DNA of 64,000 nucleotides from assembly GCA_038323715.1 (NCBI GenBank), contig JBBQHF010000001.1, positions 45,549 to 109,548 of the forward strand. Direction: 5' to 3'. The stretch comes from Patescibacteria group bacterium (GTDB lineage: Bacteria; Patescibacteriota; Patescibacteriia; Patescibacteriales; UBA12465). The notes under the pieces are model-generated. The model made no database searches and was not told where the DNA came from. It saw only the letters and a list, made by a program, of their open reading frames with translations. Below, one piece after another: positions 8,780 to 18,978 of this stretch (positions are counted from its first letter, which is position 1; each line of letters begins with the position of its first letter). Position numbers and translations under genes: made by a program.

Positions 8780-10738
8780 ATGTGGCGAGATTCTAACAAA
8801 CAAAGGCACTCTGTTAAAGATGCGGTCAATAGTAGCCGTTTACGTCTTATCGTAGCGGTTGTTTTTTTATTGATGGGTTCTTTGCTCTACAAATTATATA
8901 GCGTTCAAATAGGTCAATTTGATCTGTACACGGCGATGGCCTCGTCTCAACATCAAGTTTATAGCAAGTTAAAACCAGAGAGAGGGAAAATATTTTTAAG
9001 TGAAAATAAGAATGGTGTTGAAAAATTATATCCTTTAGCCACAAATAAAGACTTCGCGGAAGTTTTTATTGTTCCTAAAGATGTTGCCTATCCGCAGGTA
9101 ATGGCCGAGAAACTTTTTAATTTTTTTGATAAACCAAAATTAGAGGCAGATTTGAAGGCAAAATCAGCCACGGGGACGACAATGAATATTGCGACCTCTA
9201 CTAAAAATGAAATCATTGGAAAATATTTAAGCAAACTAGATAAACCGGGCGATCCCTATGAGCCTTTAGTTGCTAAATTATCAGGTGAAGAGTTAGTTAA
9301 ACTTTATTCTTATTTATCTTCAGCCGACCAGTCCTCAGCTTCATCGCCTATTTTGCTTCAACCCGAAGAGTTGGAGTTAAAATTAGGGCAGATTGTTTAT
9401 GCTAATAATCCTGAAGAAGAGTTTACTATTAAGGGCATTGGTTTTGATTTGCAGCCATATCGTTATTATCCCGAAAATGAAATTGGGTCTAATCTTTTAG
9501 GTTTCGTTTCTTATGTAGATGGTGAGGGGCAGGGGCGTTATGGTTTGGAAGAATTTTTTAATGAAGAATTGTTTGGTAAATATGGGTCTTTAAAATCTGA
9601 GAGAGGCGGTAAAAGTGATATGATGATTGTCAATGACCGAGAATATATTAAACCAGAAGCAGGCGATGATTTAATTCTGACGGTAGATAGAAATATAGAA
9701 TTTGCTGCTTGTGAAAAGTTAAAACAATCAGTGGAAAAACATGGGGCTACTGGGGGGTCGGTTATTGTGATGAACCCAAAAACAGGCGCAATAATCGCCA
9801 TGTGCTCTTACCCTGATTTTGATCCTAACAATTATCGTGACGTGAAAGATATTTCCTATTATAATAATCCGGCGGTTTATTATCAGTATGAGCCCGGTTC
9901 AGTATTTAAGACCGTTACCATGGCGATTGCCATTGATCAGGGCAAAGTTTCTCCTACTACTACATATAAAGATGAGGGGCAGATAATGATTAAAGGTTGG
10001 CCAAAACCGATTAAAAATTCTGATTTTTCCACTCATGGTCCTCATGGGGTAGTTGACATGACGGTTGTTTTGGATAATTCTCTTAATACCGGAGCAATAT
10101 TTGCTATGAATCAAGTAGGCCCTAAAATCTTTTCCGATTATGTAAAAAAATTTGGTTTTGGAGAAAGGACGGGGATTGAACTTGGTTCTGAAAGTGCTGG
10201 TAATATAGACAATCTTTTGAAAACCAAGGTTAGAGATATTGATGCTGCGACTGCTTCTTTTGGTCAAGGATTAGCGGCCACCCCTTTGCAAATGATTATG
10301 CCTTATCAGGCACTAGCCAATAAGGGGATGATGATGAAACCATATATTATTAAAAGTATCGTTTATCCTAATGGAAAAAAAGATGAGACCATTCCGAAGC
10401 AATCTGGTCGAGTGGTTTCAGAAAAAACCGCCGCTACCGTGGACGCTATGTTAGTTAATGTTGTTGAGAAGGGGCATTCAGTAAAAGCATCTGTCCCCGG
10501 ATATTATATAGGGGGAAAAACGGGGACCGCTCAAGTCGCTACTTTAGGTGGTTATAGTGCCAACAACTATATACATACTTTTATTGGCATTGCTCCGATT
10601 GAGGACCCCGCCTTTGTGATGTTAACTAAAATTGATAACCCTAAGGATGTCCAATATGCTGAAGGCTCAGCCCTCCCTCTGTGGAGAGATATTGCTGAAT
10701 TTATTTTAAATTATTACGCCGTTCCAAAAACCAGATAA
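8780..10738 (+). CDS. ftsI: Class B penicillin-binding protein (FtsI/PBP2 family)
   Basis: TM anchor, RGKI, R.YP, G..GLE; SVFK, SLN and KTGT catalytic motifs. Confidence 0.92.
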   Translation: MWRDSNKQRHSVKDAVNSSRLRLIVAVVFLLMGSLLYKLYSVQIGQFDLYTAMASSQHQVYSKLKPERGKIFLSENKNGVEKLYPLATNKDFAEVFIVPKDVAYPQVMAEKLFNFFDKPKLEADLKAKSATGTTMNIATSTKNEIIGKYLSKLDKPGDPYEPLVAKLSGEELVKLYSYLSSADQSSASSPILLQPEELELKLGQIVYANNPEEEFTIKGIGFDLQPYRYYPENEIGSNLLGFVSYVDGEGQGRYGLEEFFNEELFGKYGSLKSERGGKSDMMIVNDREYIKPEAGDDLILTVDRNIEFAACEKLKQSVEKHGATGGSVIVMNPKTGAIIAMCSYPDFDPNNYRDVKDISYYNNPAVYYQYEPGSVFKTVTMAIAIDQGKVSPTTTYKDEGQIMIKGWPKPIKNSDFSTHGPHGVVDMTVVLDNSLNTGAIFAMNQVGPKIFSDYVKKFGFGERTGIELGSESAGNIDNLLKTKVRDIDAATASFGQGLAATPLQMIMPYQALANKGMMMKPYIIKSIVYPNGKKDETIPKQSGRVVSEKTAATVDAMLVNVVEKGHSVKASVPGYYIGGKTGTAQVATLGGYSANNYIHTFIGIAPIEDPAFVMLTKIDNPKDVQYAEGSALPLWRDIAEFILNYYAVPKTR

Positions 10739-10778
10739 ATAAATTGTTAATTGTACTCTGGAAAGCTAATGGAAATAT

Positions 10779-12062
10779 ATGAAGAAATTATTGCAATTAA
10801 AATTGAAAATCTTCGCTAAACTTATTTTAAAAAAATATAAGCCAGTTGTTGTTGGAATTACCGGATCAATTGGCAAAAGCAGCGCTAAAGAAGCAATCTA
10901 TCATGTTCTAAAAAATAAATTTAAGGTTAGAACTAGTTTTAAAAATTATAATAACGAAATCGGATTACCGCTTACGATTATTGGGGTCACGTCTCCAGGC
11001 AGAAACCTGTTCGGTTGGATAAATGTATTTTTCCGGGTAGGTTTTTTGTTGTTAATTAAAGATAAAAATTATCCCCAGGTTTTAGTTTTAGAAATGGGTG
11101 TTGATAGGCCGGGAGATATGGAGTATCTAACGTCTATTGTGCATGTTAACGTTGCCATTGTTACCTCGGTTAGTTATTCACATCTTGAATATTTCGGTAG
11201 TCTGCAAAATATAAAGAAAGAGAAGCAGGTATTAGTAGAAAAATTAGATAGTAAGGGTTTGGCAATTTTAAATTATGACAGTGAGTCAGTTAAGGAAATG
11301 GCCGAGTTCAGCAAGGCGAGGATTATAAGTTATGGATTGAAAGAGGCTGACTTAAAAGCCCAAGATATCATTTATAATTTTACTCGTGGGCGCTACGAAT
11401 TGTCGGGAATTAATTTTAAATTAAATAATGGAGAGTCTATTGTCCCGGTCTTCATGCACAACATAATGTCAGAGCCGGCTATTTATGCTGCTTTAGCAGC
11501 CGCGGCTGTTGGTTTATATTTTAAAATGAACTTAGTTGAAATCGCTTCGGCTCTTAGTGATTTCAGTTTGCCCTTGGGTAGAATGAACTTGCTACCAGGC
11601 ATAAAACACTCTTTTATTATAGACGATACCTATAATTCTTCTCCGGAAGCAGCGATATCAGCGATTAAGATTTTAGGTCTAATTAGTATTGATAAGGAGG
11701 CTAGCAAATATGCGGTTATGGGTGACATGTTAGAGATCGGAGCATATACCGAGGAAGGACATAAGCTGGTCGGCAAAGAAGTTTATAAAAATAAGATTGA
11801 TTTTCTAATTGCAGTTGGTGAAAGAGCGCGCGATTTTATTAGGGGAGCTAAGGCGGCCGGCATTAATGATGAGCATATTTTTTATTTTGACAAACCAGAA
11901 GAAGCTGGAAGATTTCTTCAAAACAGAATTAAAGAGGGCGACGTTCTCTTGATAAAAGGTTCACAAGGCGCTAGAATGGAAAAAATAGTGAAGGAGCTAA
12001 TGGCGGAGCCAGATAAGGCCGGTGAACTTTTAGTAAGACAGGGTAAAGAGTGGGAAACTTAA
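10779..12062 (+). CDS. murF: UDP-MurNAc-tripeptide--D-Ala-D-Ala ligase
   Basis: GITGSIGKS, NYNNEIGLPLT, LEMG, DDTYNSSP, GDMLEIG, KGS. Confidence 0.9.
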   Translation: MKKLLQLKLKIFAKLILKKYKPVVVGITGSIGKSSAKEAIYHVLKNKFKVRTSFKNYNNEIGLPLTIIGVTSPGRNLFGWINVFFRVGFLLLIKDKNYPQVLVLEMGVDRPGDMEYLTSIVHVNVAIVTSVSYSHLEYFGSLQNIKKEKQVLVEKLDSKGLAILNYDSESVKEMAEFSKARIISYGLKEADLKAQDIIYNFTRGRYELSGINFKLNNGESIVPVFMHNIMSEPAIYAALAAAAVGLYFKMNLVEIASALSDFSLPLGRMNLLPGIKHSFIIDDTYNSSPEAAISAIKILGLISIDKEASKYAVMGDMLEIGAYTEEGHKLVGKEVYKNKIDFLIAVGERARDFIRGAKAAGINDEHIFYFDKPEEAGRFLQNRIKEGDVLLIKGSQGARMEKIVKELMAEPDKAGELLVRQGKEWET

Positions 12063-12071
12063 ATAATAATT

Positions 12072-12932
12072 ATGAAAATAATAATTCTTGGTGGGCAAGG
12101 AAATCTCGGGTCTCAACTAGTTAAAGTTTTAGGGCAAGATCATGAGGTTTTTTCTTTTGATCGTTCTGATTTTAATGCGTTGGATAAAAACATTCTTTCC
12201 GGTGTTGTGCTTGATATCAAGCCCGAAGTCATTATTAATTGTGTCGCTTATAATGCGGTTGATAAATGCGAAGATAAAGATATTTATACTGAAGCATTAT
12301 CTTTAAATAGAGATTTGCCAGCTAATTTAGCGGAGCTCGCTCTACGGATTGACGCGATCCTAGTTCATTATTCAACCGATTATGTTTTTAGCGGTCTCGA
12401 GACGAAGCGGGAGTTTTCCGAAGAAGACACACCAAACCCGATTAATAAATACGGAGAAAGTAAGTTTTTAGGAGAAATGGAAATTTTGCGTCACAAGGAT
12501 CAGGGTTTAAAATATTATTTAATTAGGACCTCTAAACTTTTCGGGCCGAAAGGTGAAAGTGAGCAAGCTAAGCCAAGTTTTTTTGACATTATGCTCACTT
12601 TATCGCAAGATAAGAAAGAAGTTACTGTTGTTAACGAAGAGCTCAGTTGCTTTACTTATACCCCTGATTTAGCCTCAGCTACCGCCCGATTATTATCTTC
12701 CCGAACTCCTTATGGTATTTATCATTTAGTTAATGAGGGGGCAGTGACTTGGTACGACGGTGCCCTAGAATTATTTAGACTAGCAAAACGCGAGGTCGCT
12801 ATTAGATCTATTAGAAGTGAAAATTTAGCTAGAGCGGCTAGACGACCCAAATTTTCTGTTCTCAAAAATAATAAAACAAAAAAATTACGTCTTTATTCGG
12901 AGGCACTCAAGGACTATTTACATAATAATTAG
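12072..12932 (+). CDS. rfbD: dTDP-4-dehydrorhamnose reductase
   Basis: GGQGNLG, AYNAVDKCE, STDYVF, YGESK, ARRP.FS.L. Confidence 0.92.
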   Translation: MKIIILGGQGNLGSQLVKVLGQDHEVFSFDRSDFNALDKNILSGVVLDIKPEVIINCVAYNAVDKCEDKDIYTEALSLNRDLPANLAELALRIDAILVHYSTDYVFSGLETKREFSEEDTPNPINKYGESKFLGEMEILRHKDQGLKYYLIRTSKLFGPKGESEQAKPSFFDIMLTLSQDKKEVTVVNEELSCFTYTPDLASATARLLSSRTPYGIYHLVNEGAVTWYDGALELFRLAKREVAIRSIRSENLARAARRPKFSVLKNNKTKKLRLYSEALKDYLHNN

Positions 12933-12938
12933 AAACAT

Positions 12939-13664
12939 ATGAGAGGAATAATATTATCAGGCGGAAGCGGAACTAGACTCCGCCCACTTACTAAAATTAC
13001 CAGTAAGCAACTTTTGCCAATTTACAATCGTCCGATGATTTATTATCCTCTAAATACTTTGATAAAAGCGGGAATAAAAGAAATCCTGATTATTGTTTCT
13101 CCGGAAAGAGCGGGGGATTATTTAAATTTGCTTGGTTCTGGCAAAGAATTCGGGGTAAAATTTACTTATGAAATTCAAGATAAGCCCGAGGGTTTAGCCC
13201 AGGCTTTCATCATCGGCGAAAATTTTATTGACCAGGAGAACGTCGCTATGATTTTGGGGGACAATATTTTTGAAGATGATTTTTCTGAAGATATTAAAAA
13301 TTTTAAGGGAGGCGCCAAAATATTTGCTAAACACGTGCCTGACCCTGAAAGGTTTGGGGTGGTCAAATTTAATGATGAGCTGAAAGCAGAAAAAATTGTA
13401 GAGAAACCACAAGAGTTTTTAAGTAATTATGCCGTTACCGGGTTATATGTTTATGATAAAAAAATTGTAGAAATTGCTAAGAATATGAAACCAAGCCCAC
13501 GGGGCGAGCTAGAAATTACTGATGTTAATAATTATTATTTAGAAAAAGGTGAACTAGAGGTGGCGATGGTAAATGGAGAATGGCTTGATGCGGGAACTTT
13601 TGAGAGTCTACTTAAAGCACAAAATTTTGCTAAAGAAAAATTAGATAGTAAAATGTTGATATAA
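12939..13664 (+). CDS. rfbA: Glucose-1-phosphate thymidylyltransferase (short form)
   Basis: GGSGTRLRPLT, KQLLPIY, GLAQAF, EKP, RGELEITD, WLDAGT. Confidence 0.93.
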   Translation: MRGIILSGGSGTRLRPLTKITSKQLLPIYNRPMIYYPLNTLIKAGIKEILIIVSPERAGDYLNLLGSGKEFGVKFTYEIQDKPEGLAQAFIIGENFIDQENVAMILGDNIFEDDFSEDIKNFKGGAKIFAKHVPDPERFGVVKFNDELKAEKIVEKPQEFLSNYAVTGLYVYDKKIVEIAKNMKPSPRGELEITDVNNYYLEKGELEVAMVNGEWLDAGTFESLLKAQNFAKEKLDSKMLI

Positions 13665-13693
13665 AAAAACAGGATTCCGAGAAAGAATCCTGT
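13663..13693. terminator. Terminator between convergent rfbA and orphan ORF
   Basis: ACAGGATTC-CGAGAAA-GAATCCTGT preceded by an A run (U tract on the minus strand). Confidence 0.7.
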
Positions 13694-13715
13694 AGTTGTT
13701 TAAAAGCGTTTTGAG

Positions 13716-14042
13716 CTAAGCGGATGTCATAATCTGATAAATCAGGTTTTTTCTTGTAATCTTCTGATGTTCAACGATAGTTCCGTCGAACGAGAATTCC
13801 ATGAAAAAATCTGTTTCATTTTGATTAGTCCAACGTCTTTGTCTAACATCGACCTTTTTTAGGCCGAGATTACTACCGAGAAACCTTTTGAGTTCTCCCT
13901 CGGTTTCCAGTGGGCAAGCTAGATTTTTTTGGTCTAAATGACCTCTAACTTTTTCCATAACTCTGGATACTTGACTTTCCGCCATTGCGTCATACATGAC
14001 TTTTTTCTTTGCGACGCCGTTAGTTGCTGCGTTGTTGCTCAT
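13716..14042 (-). CDS. Orphan hypothetical protein
   Basis: 108 aa non-overlapping ORF with its own consensus promoter and terminator. Confidence 0.7.
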   Translation of the reverse strand: MSNNAATNGVAKKKVMYDAMAESQVSRVMEKVRGHLDQKNLACPLETEGELKRFLGSNLGLKKVDVRQRRWTNQNETDFFMEFSFDGTIVEHQKITRKNLIYQIMTSA

Positions 14043-14105
14043 AATGCGATTTTTTTTGAGGCTTTTGCACCTCGGTTAAACTTATTTTAAAAAAACTATA
14101 AAATA

Positions 14106-14134
14106 ATTATAAAGTTTTTTTAAACTTTTGTCAA
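14106..14134 (-). promoter_or_regulatory. Consensus sigma70 promoter for the orphan ORF
   Basis: Minus strand TTGACA (14134-14129), 17 nt, TATAAT (14111-14106). Confidence 0.8.
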
Positions 14135-14136
14135 GT

Positions 14137-15093
14137 ATGAAATTAGCTGTCGGCTTTATAACTTATAACGATTCCAGCGCTAAATATTTGAGTGATTTTT
14201 TGCCTAGTCTAAAAAGGGCTTTGGATTTTCTGCCCAAGAAAGATAGACAAATTTTAGCTTGGGACAACAGCCATTCTGATTTTAATATTAATCGCTTGGC
14301 ACTAGAATATTTTACTCAGCAAAACCGGGAAGCTATCAGTATTTTCTCTTCGGAAAAAAATATCGGTTTTGGCGCTGCTTATAATGAATTAATTAAAAAA
14401 GCTAAACAAGCGGGGGCGACCTACTTCTTAACTATTAACCCGGACGTTTTATTAGAAACAGACACAATCAAAAAATTGTTTGATAAGCTGGAATTAGAAC
14501 CGACCCTGGCTTCGGTCGCTCCAAAAATTTTACGCTGGGATTTTGATAAAAAATCTAAAACCAATCAAATAGATTCCTGCGGTTTAAAGCTAAAGAATGG
14601 TTTAAAATTTATTGATTTAGGCCAGGGTGAAATTGATAATGGGCAATACGATAAGGCGGATATTCTAGGTTCTTCGGGGGCAATGGGGCTGTTTAGAATG
14701 TCTTCTTTGGATAAAGTAAAAGGTAAATTCGGCTATTATGACTCCAGGTTCTTTATGTATAAGGAGGATTGTGATCTAGCTTATAGGCTAAAATTGGCTG
14801 GCTTTAAATCATCCTTAGTCCCATGGGCCTTGGCCTATCACGATAGAACAGCCGCCTTCTACGGACAGGGAATATGGCAATTTTTAGCCAATAGACGTCA
14901 AGCTAGTCGCCTGGTTAGAGCCTGGTCATTTAAGAACCAACACCTGCTTTTTGTCAAACATTTTAAAAGTGAGGGCCTGTGGAGTCAGTTAAAAATAGTC
15001 TTCAGGGTGACTTCTTTATTATTTTTTTCTCTTATATTAGAGCAATTTAACTTAAAAGAGTATCCCGCCGTCTTTAAATTCTTAAAGTATTGA
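14137..15093 (+). CDS. Family 2 glycosyltransferase (WbbL/rhamnosyltransferase-like)
   Basis: TYND, N.GFGAAYN, INPD, FFMYKEDCDL..R; ATG at 14137 preferred over TTG at 14128. Confidence 0.88.
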   Translation: MKLAVGFITYNDSSAKYLSDFLPSLKRALDFLPKKDRQILAWDNSHSDFNINRLALEYFTQQNREAISIFSSEKNIGFGAAYNELIKKAKQAGATYFLTINPDVLLETDTIKKLFDKLELEPTLASVAPKILRWDFDKKSKTNQIDSCGLKLKNGLKFIDLGQGEIDNGQYDKADILGSSGAMGLFRMSSLDKVKGKFGYYDSRFFMYKEDCDLAYRLKLAGFKSSLVPWALAYHDRTAAFYGQGIWQFLANRRQASRLVRAWSFKNQHLLFVKHFKSEGLWSQLKIVFRVTSLLFFSLILEQFNLKEYPAVFKFLKY

Positions 15094-15177
15094 CTAATAT
15101 AAAATAATGTGATAAATTGATTAGAGTTCAAACAGTTGAACGCTTGTATAATAAAACTAAAGGCTTTATTTTTTTAT

Positions 15178-16215
15178 ATGGAAAACTTACTAGAAAAAAT
15201 CATTAAAGAGGAAAAAAGCGAAGAATTGGGTCGTTTAGATGCCATGAATATTGTTAATTCTCTTTTTTCTGAATTATTAGAAAGAGAACGCGATGTTTTA
15301 ACTAGAAGATTTGGTTTAAAGGGTGATAAGAATGAAACATTAGAAAAGATTGGCGGTATCCACAAGCTTACTCGTGAAAGAGTTAGGCAGATTGAAGCTG
15401 CCAGTATTAGAAAAATAAAAAAGTTAGAAAGTCTAGAAAGTTATATATATTCTTTAAAACACACTGTTTACAATCTTTTGGAGGAACACGGTGGTCTTAT
15501 TAGACGTGATTATTTGCTTGATATTTTAACTGTTATATCTCTAGAATTAAATTCTGATAAATCTGAGGTTATGAATGACGAAAAAGTTCGTCAAGCCTAT
15601 AAAAACCATTTCAATTTTTTAATTTCCAAACTAATGGCTGATGACTTGGAGCTTGTAAGTAACAACGAACAATTCACTCCGTCATTTAAATTGAAAGATT
15701 CCGAGGTTGGTTATTTAGAAGAAATTGCTAGTGACTTAATGAGCAAGGTTGAATCTTTAAACAAAACTTTAAAGACTGAAGATTTGTTGGACATTTTAAA
15801 ACAGCTTGAGTCATATGGTCGCAATCAGCAAAAAATGAACAAAGTTGACAGTGTTAATATCGAATCTATTTTTAAGAGTCAGGCTTTTCCCGATAAAGCG
15901 GCAACCATTAACGCCAATAAAGGACTTTATTCTTTAATGCAGGCTGTGAAAAATTTAGAACAGAATAAATATGGAGAATGGGGGGGCGCTAATTGGCAAG
16001 AAATTAAACCCAAAACAGTTAATGATAAGATATATTTAGTCTTAAAACATGAAGGTAAGCCTTTACATTTTACAGAAATTGCTCATAAAATTAATGATGT
16101 AAAATTTGATAAGAAGAAGGCTAATGCGGCCACTGTTCATAATGAATTGATTCTAGATAATCGGTATGTTTTGATAAGTCGTGGGACTTATGGTTTAAAA
16201 GAATGGCAGAAATAA
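15178..16215 (+). CDS. Sigma70 region-4 HTH protein with C-terminal winged HTH (HARE-HTH/RNAP delta-like)
   Basis: RRFGL...TLEKIG...LTRERVRQIE; C-terminal PLHF.EI...TVHNELI...VL.SRG.YGL.EW; ATG at 15178 likely. Confidence 0.8.
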   Translation: MENLLEKIIKEEKSEELGRLDAMNIVNSLFSELLERERDVLTRRFGLKGDKNETLEKIGGIHKLTRERVRQIEAASIRKIKKLESLESYIYSLKHTVYNLLEEHGGLIRRDYLLDILTVISLELNSDKSEVMNDEKVRQAYKNHFNFLISKLMADDLELVSNNEQFTPSFKLKDSEVGYLEEIASDLMSKVESLNKTLKTEDLLDILKQLESYGRNQQKMNKVDSVNIESIFKSQAFPDKAATINANKGLYSLMQAVKNLEQNKYGEWGGANWQEIKPKTVNDKIYLVLKHEGKPLHFTEIAHKINDVKFDKKKANAATVHNELILDNRYVLISRGTYGLKEWQK

Positions 16216-16239
16216 TTTTTTAGTTTACCAATAATTTCC

Positions 16240-16276
16240 AGAAACCCAATCTAATCAGATTGGGTTTCTTTTTTTT
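16240..16276 (+). terminator. Intrinsic terminator
   Basis: 13-bp perfect stem AGAAACCCAATCT/AGATTGGGTTTCT followed by a T run. Confidence 0.85.
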
Positions 16277-16319
16277 CTTAAAATATGATAAAATCTTAAT
16301 ATAACTATATACTTAAAAT

Positions 16320-17768
16320 ATGAATATAGTCATTAATACTTCGGCTCTAGATAGATTCTTGGCCTTACCACCCGACCAGATGTTCTGGGTCTTTTTTGGT
16401 AATTTTGGTTGGATTGTAATCGGGGTATTTTTTATCTATGGCGTTTTACAAGTCTATCTTTTTTGGATTAGAGAAAATTGGCAAAATACTCATAAAAATG
16501 TTTTGTTAGCGATTGATATTCCTAAGGGTAATGAACAATCTCCGAAAGCCGTTGAAAACATGTTTACTTATTTAGCGGGCGCCCACGGTTCAGTTAATTT
16601 TTTTGAAAAATGGTTTGAGGGTAAATTTCAAAAATCTTTTAGTTATGAAGTTGCTAGTTTAGAAGGATATACTCAATTTTTAATTAGGACTCCGGCAGAA
16701 TATAGGAATCTAATAGAATCTTCTGTCTATTCTCAATACCCTGATGCCGAAATTTCTGAAGTTGATGATTATACTGATGCTGTGCCACAAAAATATCCTG
16801 ATGAAGAATATGATGTTTGGGGGACAGAATTCATGCAGGCTGGCCCTTGGGTTTATCCGATAAAATGTTATAAGGATTTTGAACATCAAATGGGACCTAG
16901 CGAAACTCAATTTAAAGACCCGATGGCAGCCTTAATGGATTTGTGTGGTTCGCTTCGTCAAGGAGAGCAGCTTTGGATTCAATTTATAGTTACGCCGATA
17001 GGGTTTGATTGGGTTAAAGATTCAGAAAAGGAAATTGATAAAATCTTAGGGAGAAAGGCTAAAGTAAAGCCAAGTTTGGCTATGCAAGGGCTGGAAGTGA
17101 TGGGAAATGTGAGCGAAATTTTTTATAGTATTTGGGGGGACGTAGAAGAGTCTAAACCTAAAGAGGAGAGACAAAAGACGATGATGGATTTAAATCCGTT
17201 AGAGAAAAGAAAAATTGAAGGGGTTCATGAAAAACTTTCCAAACTGTCTTTTGAAGCAAAAATTAGAGTTGTTTATGTTGCCAAAAAAGATGTTATGAAT
17301 AAAGCGAAGGTTGCTAATGGCATGGTTGGTTATATGAAACAGTTTGCCTCACTTGATTTAAACAATTTAAAACCCGATATTAAAAAGACATTTACTAAAA
17401 CCGTGTATTTTAGACAAGGCCCGAGATTAAATGTAAAAAAGAATAATATTTTTAGAGCATATGTCGGACGCTCGGATGGAATGGGAATCAATCCTGGAAT
17501 TTATAATATTGAAGAGTTGGCCACTCTCTGGCATTTCCCGGTTGAAGCAAATGTTAAAGCTTCTTTGGTCCAAAAGGCTCCTGGCAGAAAAGCGGACGCC
17601 CCCTCTTCTTTACCCCTAGCCTCAACTTTAACTGCCCCGGCGGAGAATGCTTTGAGGTCTGGTATATTTAACAGTAATTTTAATTTTGATAAACAAGTTA
17701 AGGAAGATAATCCAGGACCCCTAAATGAAATTAATTCTAACCCTCCAAGCAATTTACCTTTTGTTTAA
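16320..17768 (+). CDS. Membrane-anchored conserved hypothetical protein of CPR type
   Basis: TM helix; IES..YSQYPDAEI.EV.DY, YPIK.Y, DP, EELATLWHFP and PP.NLP motifs recalled from Patescibacteria proteins. Confidence 0.7.
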   Translation: MNIVINTSALDRFLALPPDQMFWVFFGNFGWIVIGVFFIYGVLQVYLFWIRENWQNTHKNVLLAIDIPKGNEQSPKAVENMFTYLAGAHGSVNFFEKWFEGKFQKSFSYEVASLEGYTQFLIRTPAEYRNLIESSVYSQYPDAEISEVDDYTDAVPQKYPDEEYDVWGTEFMQAGPWVYPIKCYKDFEHQMGPSETQFKDPMAALMDLCGSLRQGEQLWIQFIVTPIGFDWVKDSEKEIDKILGRKAKVKPSLAMQGLEVMGNVSEIFYSIWGDVEESKPKEERQKTMMDLNPLEKRKIEGVHEKLSKLSFEAKIRVVYVAKKDVMNKAKVANGMVGYMKQFASLDLNNLKPDIKKTFTKTVYFRQGPRLNVKKNNIFRAYVGRSDGMGINPGIYNIEELATLWHFPVEANVKASLVQKAPGRKADAPSSLPLASTLTAPAENALRSGIFNSNFNFDKQVKEDNPGPLNEINSNPPSNLPFV

Positions 17769-17784
17769 TAATATTTAAGAAGAA

Positions 17785-18978
17785 ATGAAAATAGGAATTG
17801 ACGCTCGCTTCTACGGTCCAATCGGTAAAGGGCTTGGTCGTTACACTCAGGAAGTGGTAGACAATATAATAAAAATTAATGAAAATCTAGACGTTGATAG
17901 TTTTGAATTTGTTATATTTTTAAGTCCTGATAACTACGATGAGTTTATTTCTAACAGTCCAAAGGTTAAGAAGGTCATGATTAATATTGGTTGGTATTCA
18001 TGGCGCGAACAAGTGGTAATGCCTTTTTATATCTGGCGTGAACATCTAGATTTAATTCATTTCCCTCATTTTAATATCCCCGTTTTTACACCTGTAAAAT
18101 TTGTCATGACTTTGCATGATTTAATTTTAACCCATTTTCCCACCGTAAGAGCCACAACTAAAAAAGTCTTTATTTATAAAATAAAAAATTTAGCGTATAA
18201 GCTCGTAATGATGGCGGCTATTAGTCGATCGCAAAAAATAATTACTGTTTCTGAATTTACAAAAAAAGATATTATTCATAAATTTAAAATCCCCGCCAGT
18301 AAAATCATTGTTACCTATGAGGGGGTCGCTAATTTGACTAGAGGCCGTGATTCTTTGTTTGTTTCCAAGCTTGATGTTGGCGAAACTTTAGATAAATATC
18401 ATATCGGTAAAAAGTTCTTATTGTATGTGGGGAACGCCTATCCTCATAAAAATTTAGAATTTTTAATCAGAGTATTTAGTCGTCTCCATGCTTTAAGGCC
18501 AGATTTAAAATTAGTTTTAGTAGGGAAAAATGATTATTTCTATTCTCGCATTCACGAATATGCTCGGTCTATTAATTTATGGCAAAAAGAAAATATTAAT
18601 AGCCCAATTATTTTCCCTGGCTATATCCCAGATGCGCAATTAGAAATAATGTATCAGGAAGCGCTTGTTTATGTTTTTCCTTCCCTGTATGAAGGATTTG
18701 GTTTGCCTCCGCTAGAGGCGATGGCTAAGAGTTGCCCAGTTGTTAGTTCTGATCGGGCTAGTTTGCCAGAAATTTTAGGAGCCGCCGCTTTGTATTTTAA
18801 TCCTGAAGACGAAGACGATATGTTAAAAAAAATAAACTATATTCTAGACGATAGCGCCAAAAGAGAAGACCTCAAGAGTAAGGGGTTAGAACAAATTAAA
18901 AAATATAACTGGTGGGAGTGTGCTAACCAGACATTTTCAGTCTATAGAAATATTTTATTGAATAGCAAACATGATTAA
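17785..18978 (+). CDS. GT4 (group 1) glycosyltransferase
   Basis: KIGIDAR, G.GRY, TLHDL, HKNL, FPSLYEGFGLPPLEAM. Confidence 0.93.
   Translation: MKIGIDARFYGPIGKGLGRYTQEVVDNIIKINENLDVDSFEFVIFLSPDNYDEFISNSPKVKKVMINIGWYSWREQVVMPFYIWREHLDLIHFPHFNIPVFTPVKFVMTLHDLILTHFPTVRATTKKVFIYKIKNLAYKLVMMAAISRSQKIITVSEFTKKDIIHKFKIPASKIIVTYEGVANLTRGRDSLFVSKLDVGETLDKYHIGKKFLLYVGNAYPHKNLEFLIRVFSRLHALRPDLKLVLVGKNDYFYSRIHEYARSINLWQKENINSPIIFPGYIPDAQLEIMYQEALVYVFPSLYEGFGLPPLEAMAKSCPVVSSDRASLPEILGAAALYFNPEDEDDMLKKINYILDDSAKREDLKSKGLEQIKKYNWWECANQTFSVYRNILLNSKHD

Noticed and set aside
6430-15093. Alternative genetic code 25 (TGA = Gly)
   Set aside because: TGA ends genes at expected positions (dusB, GT2) and conserved proteins are uninterrupted in code 11.
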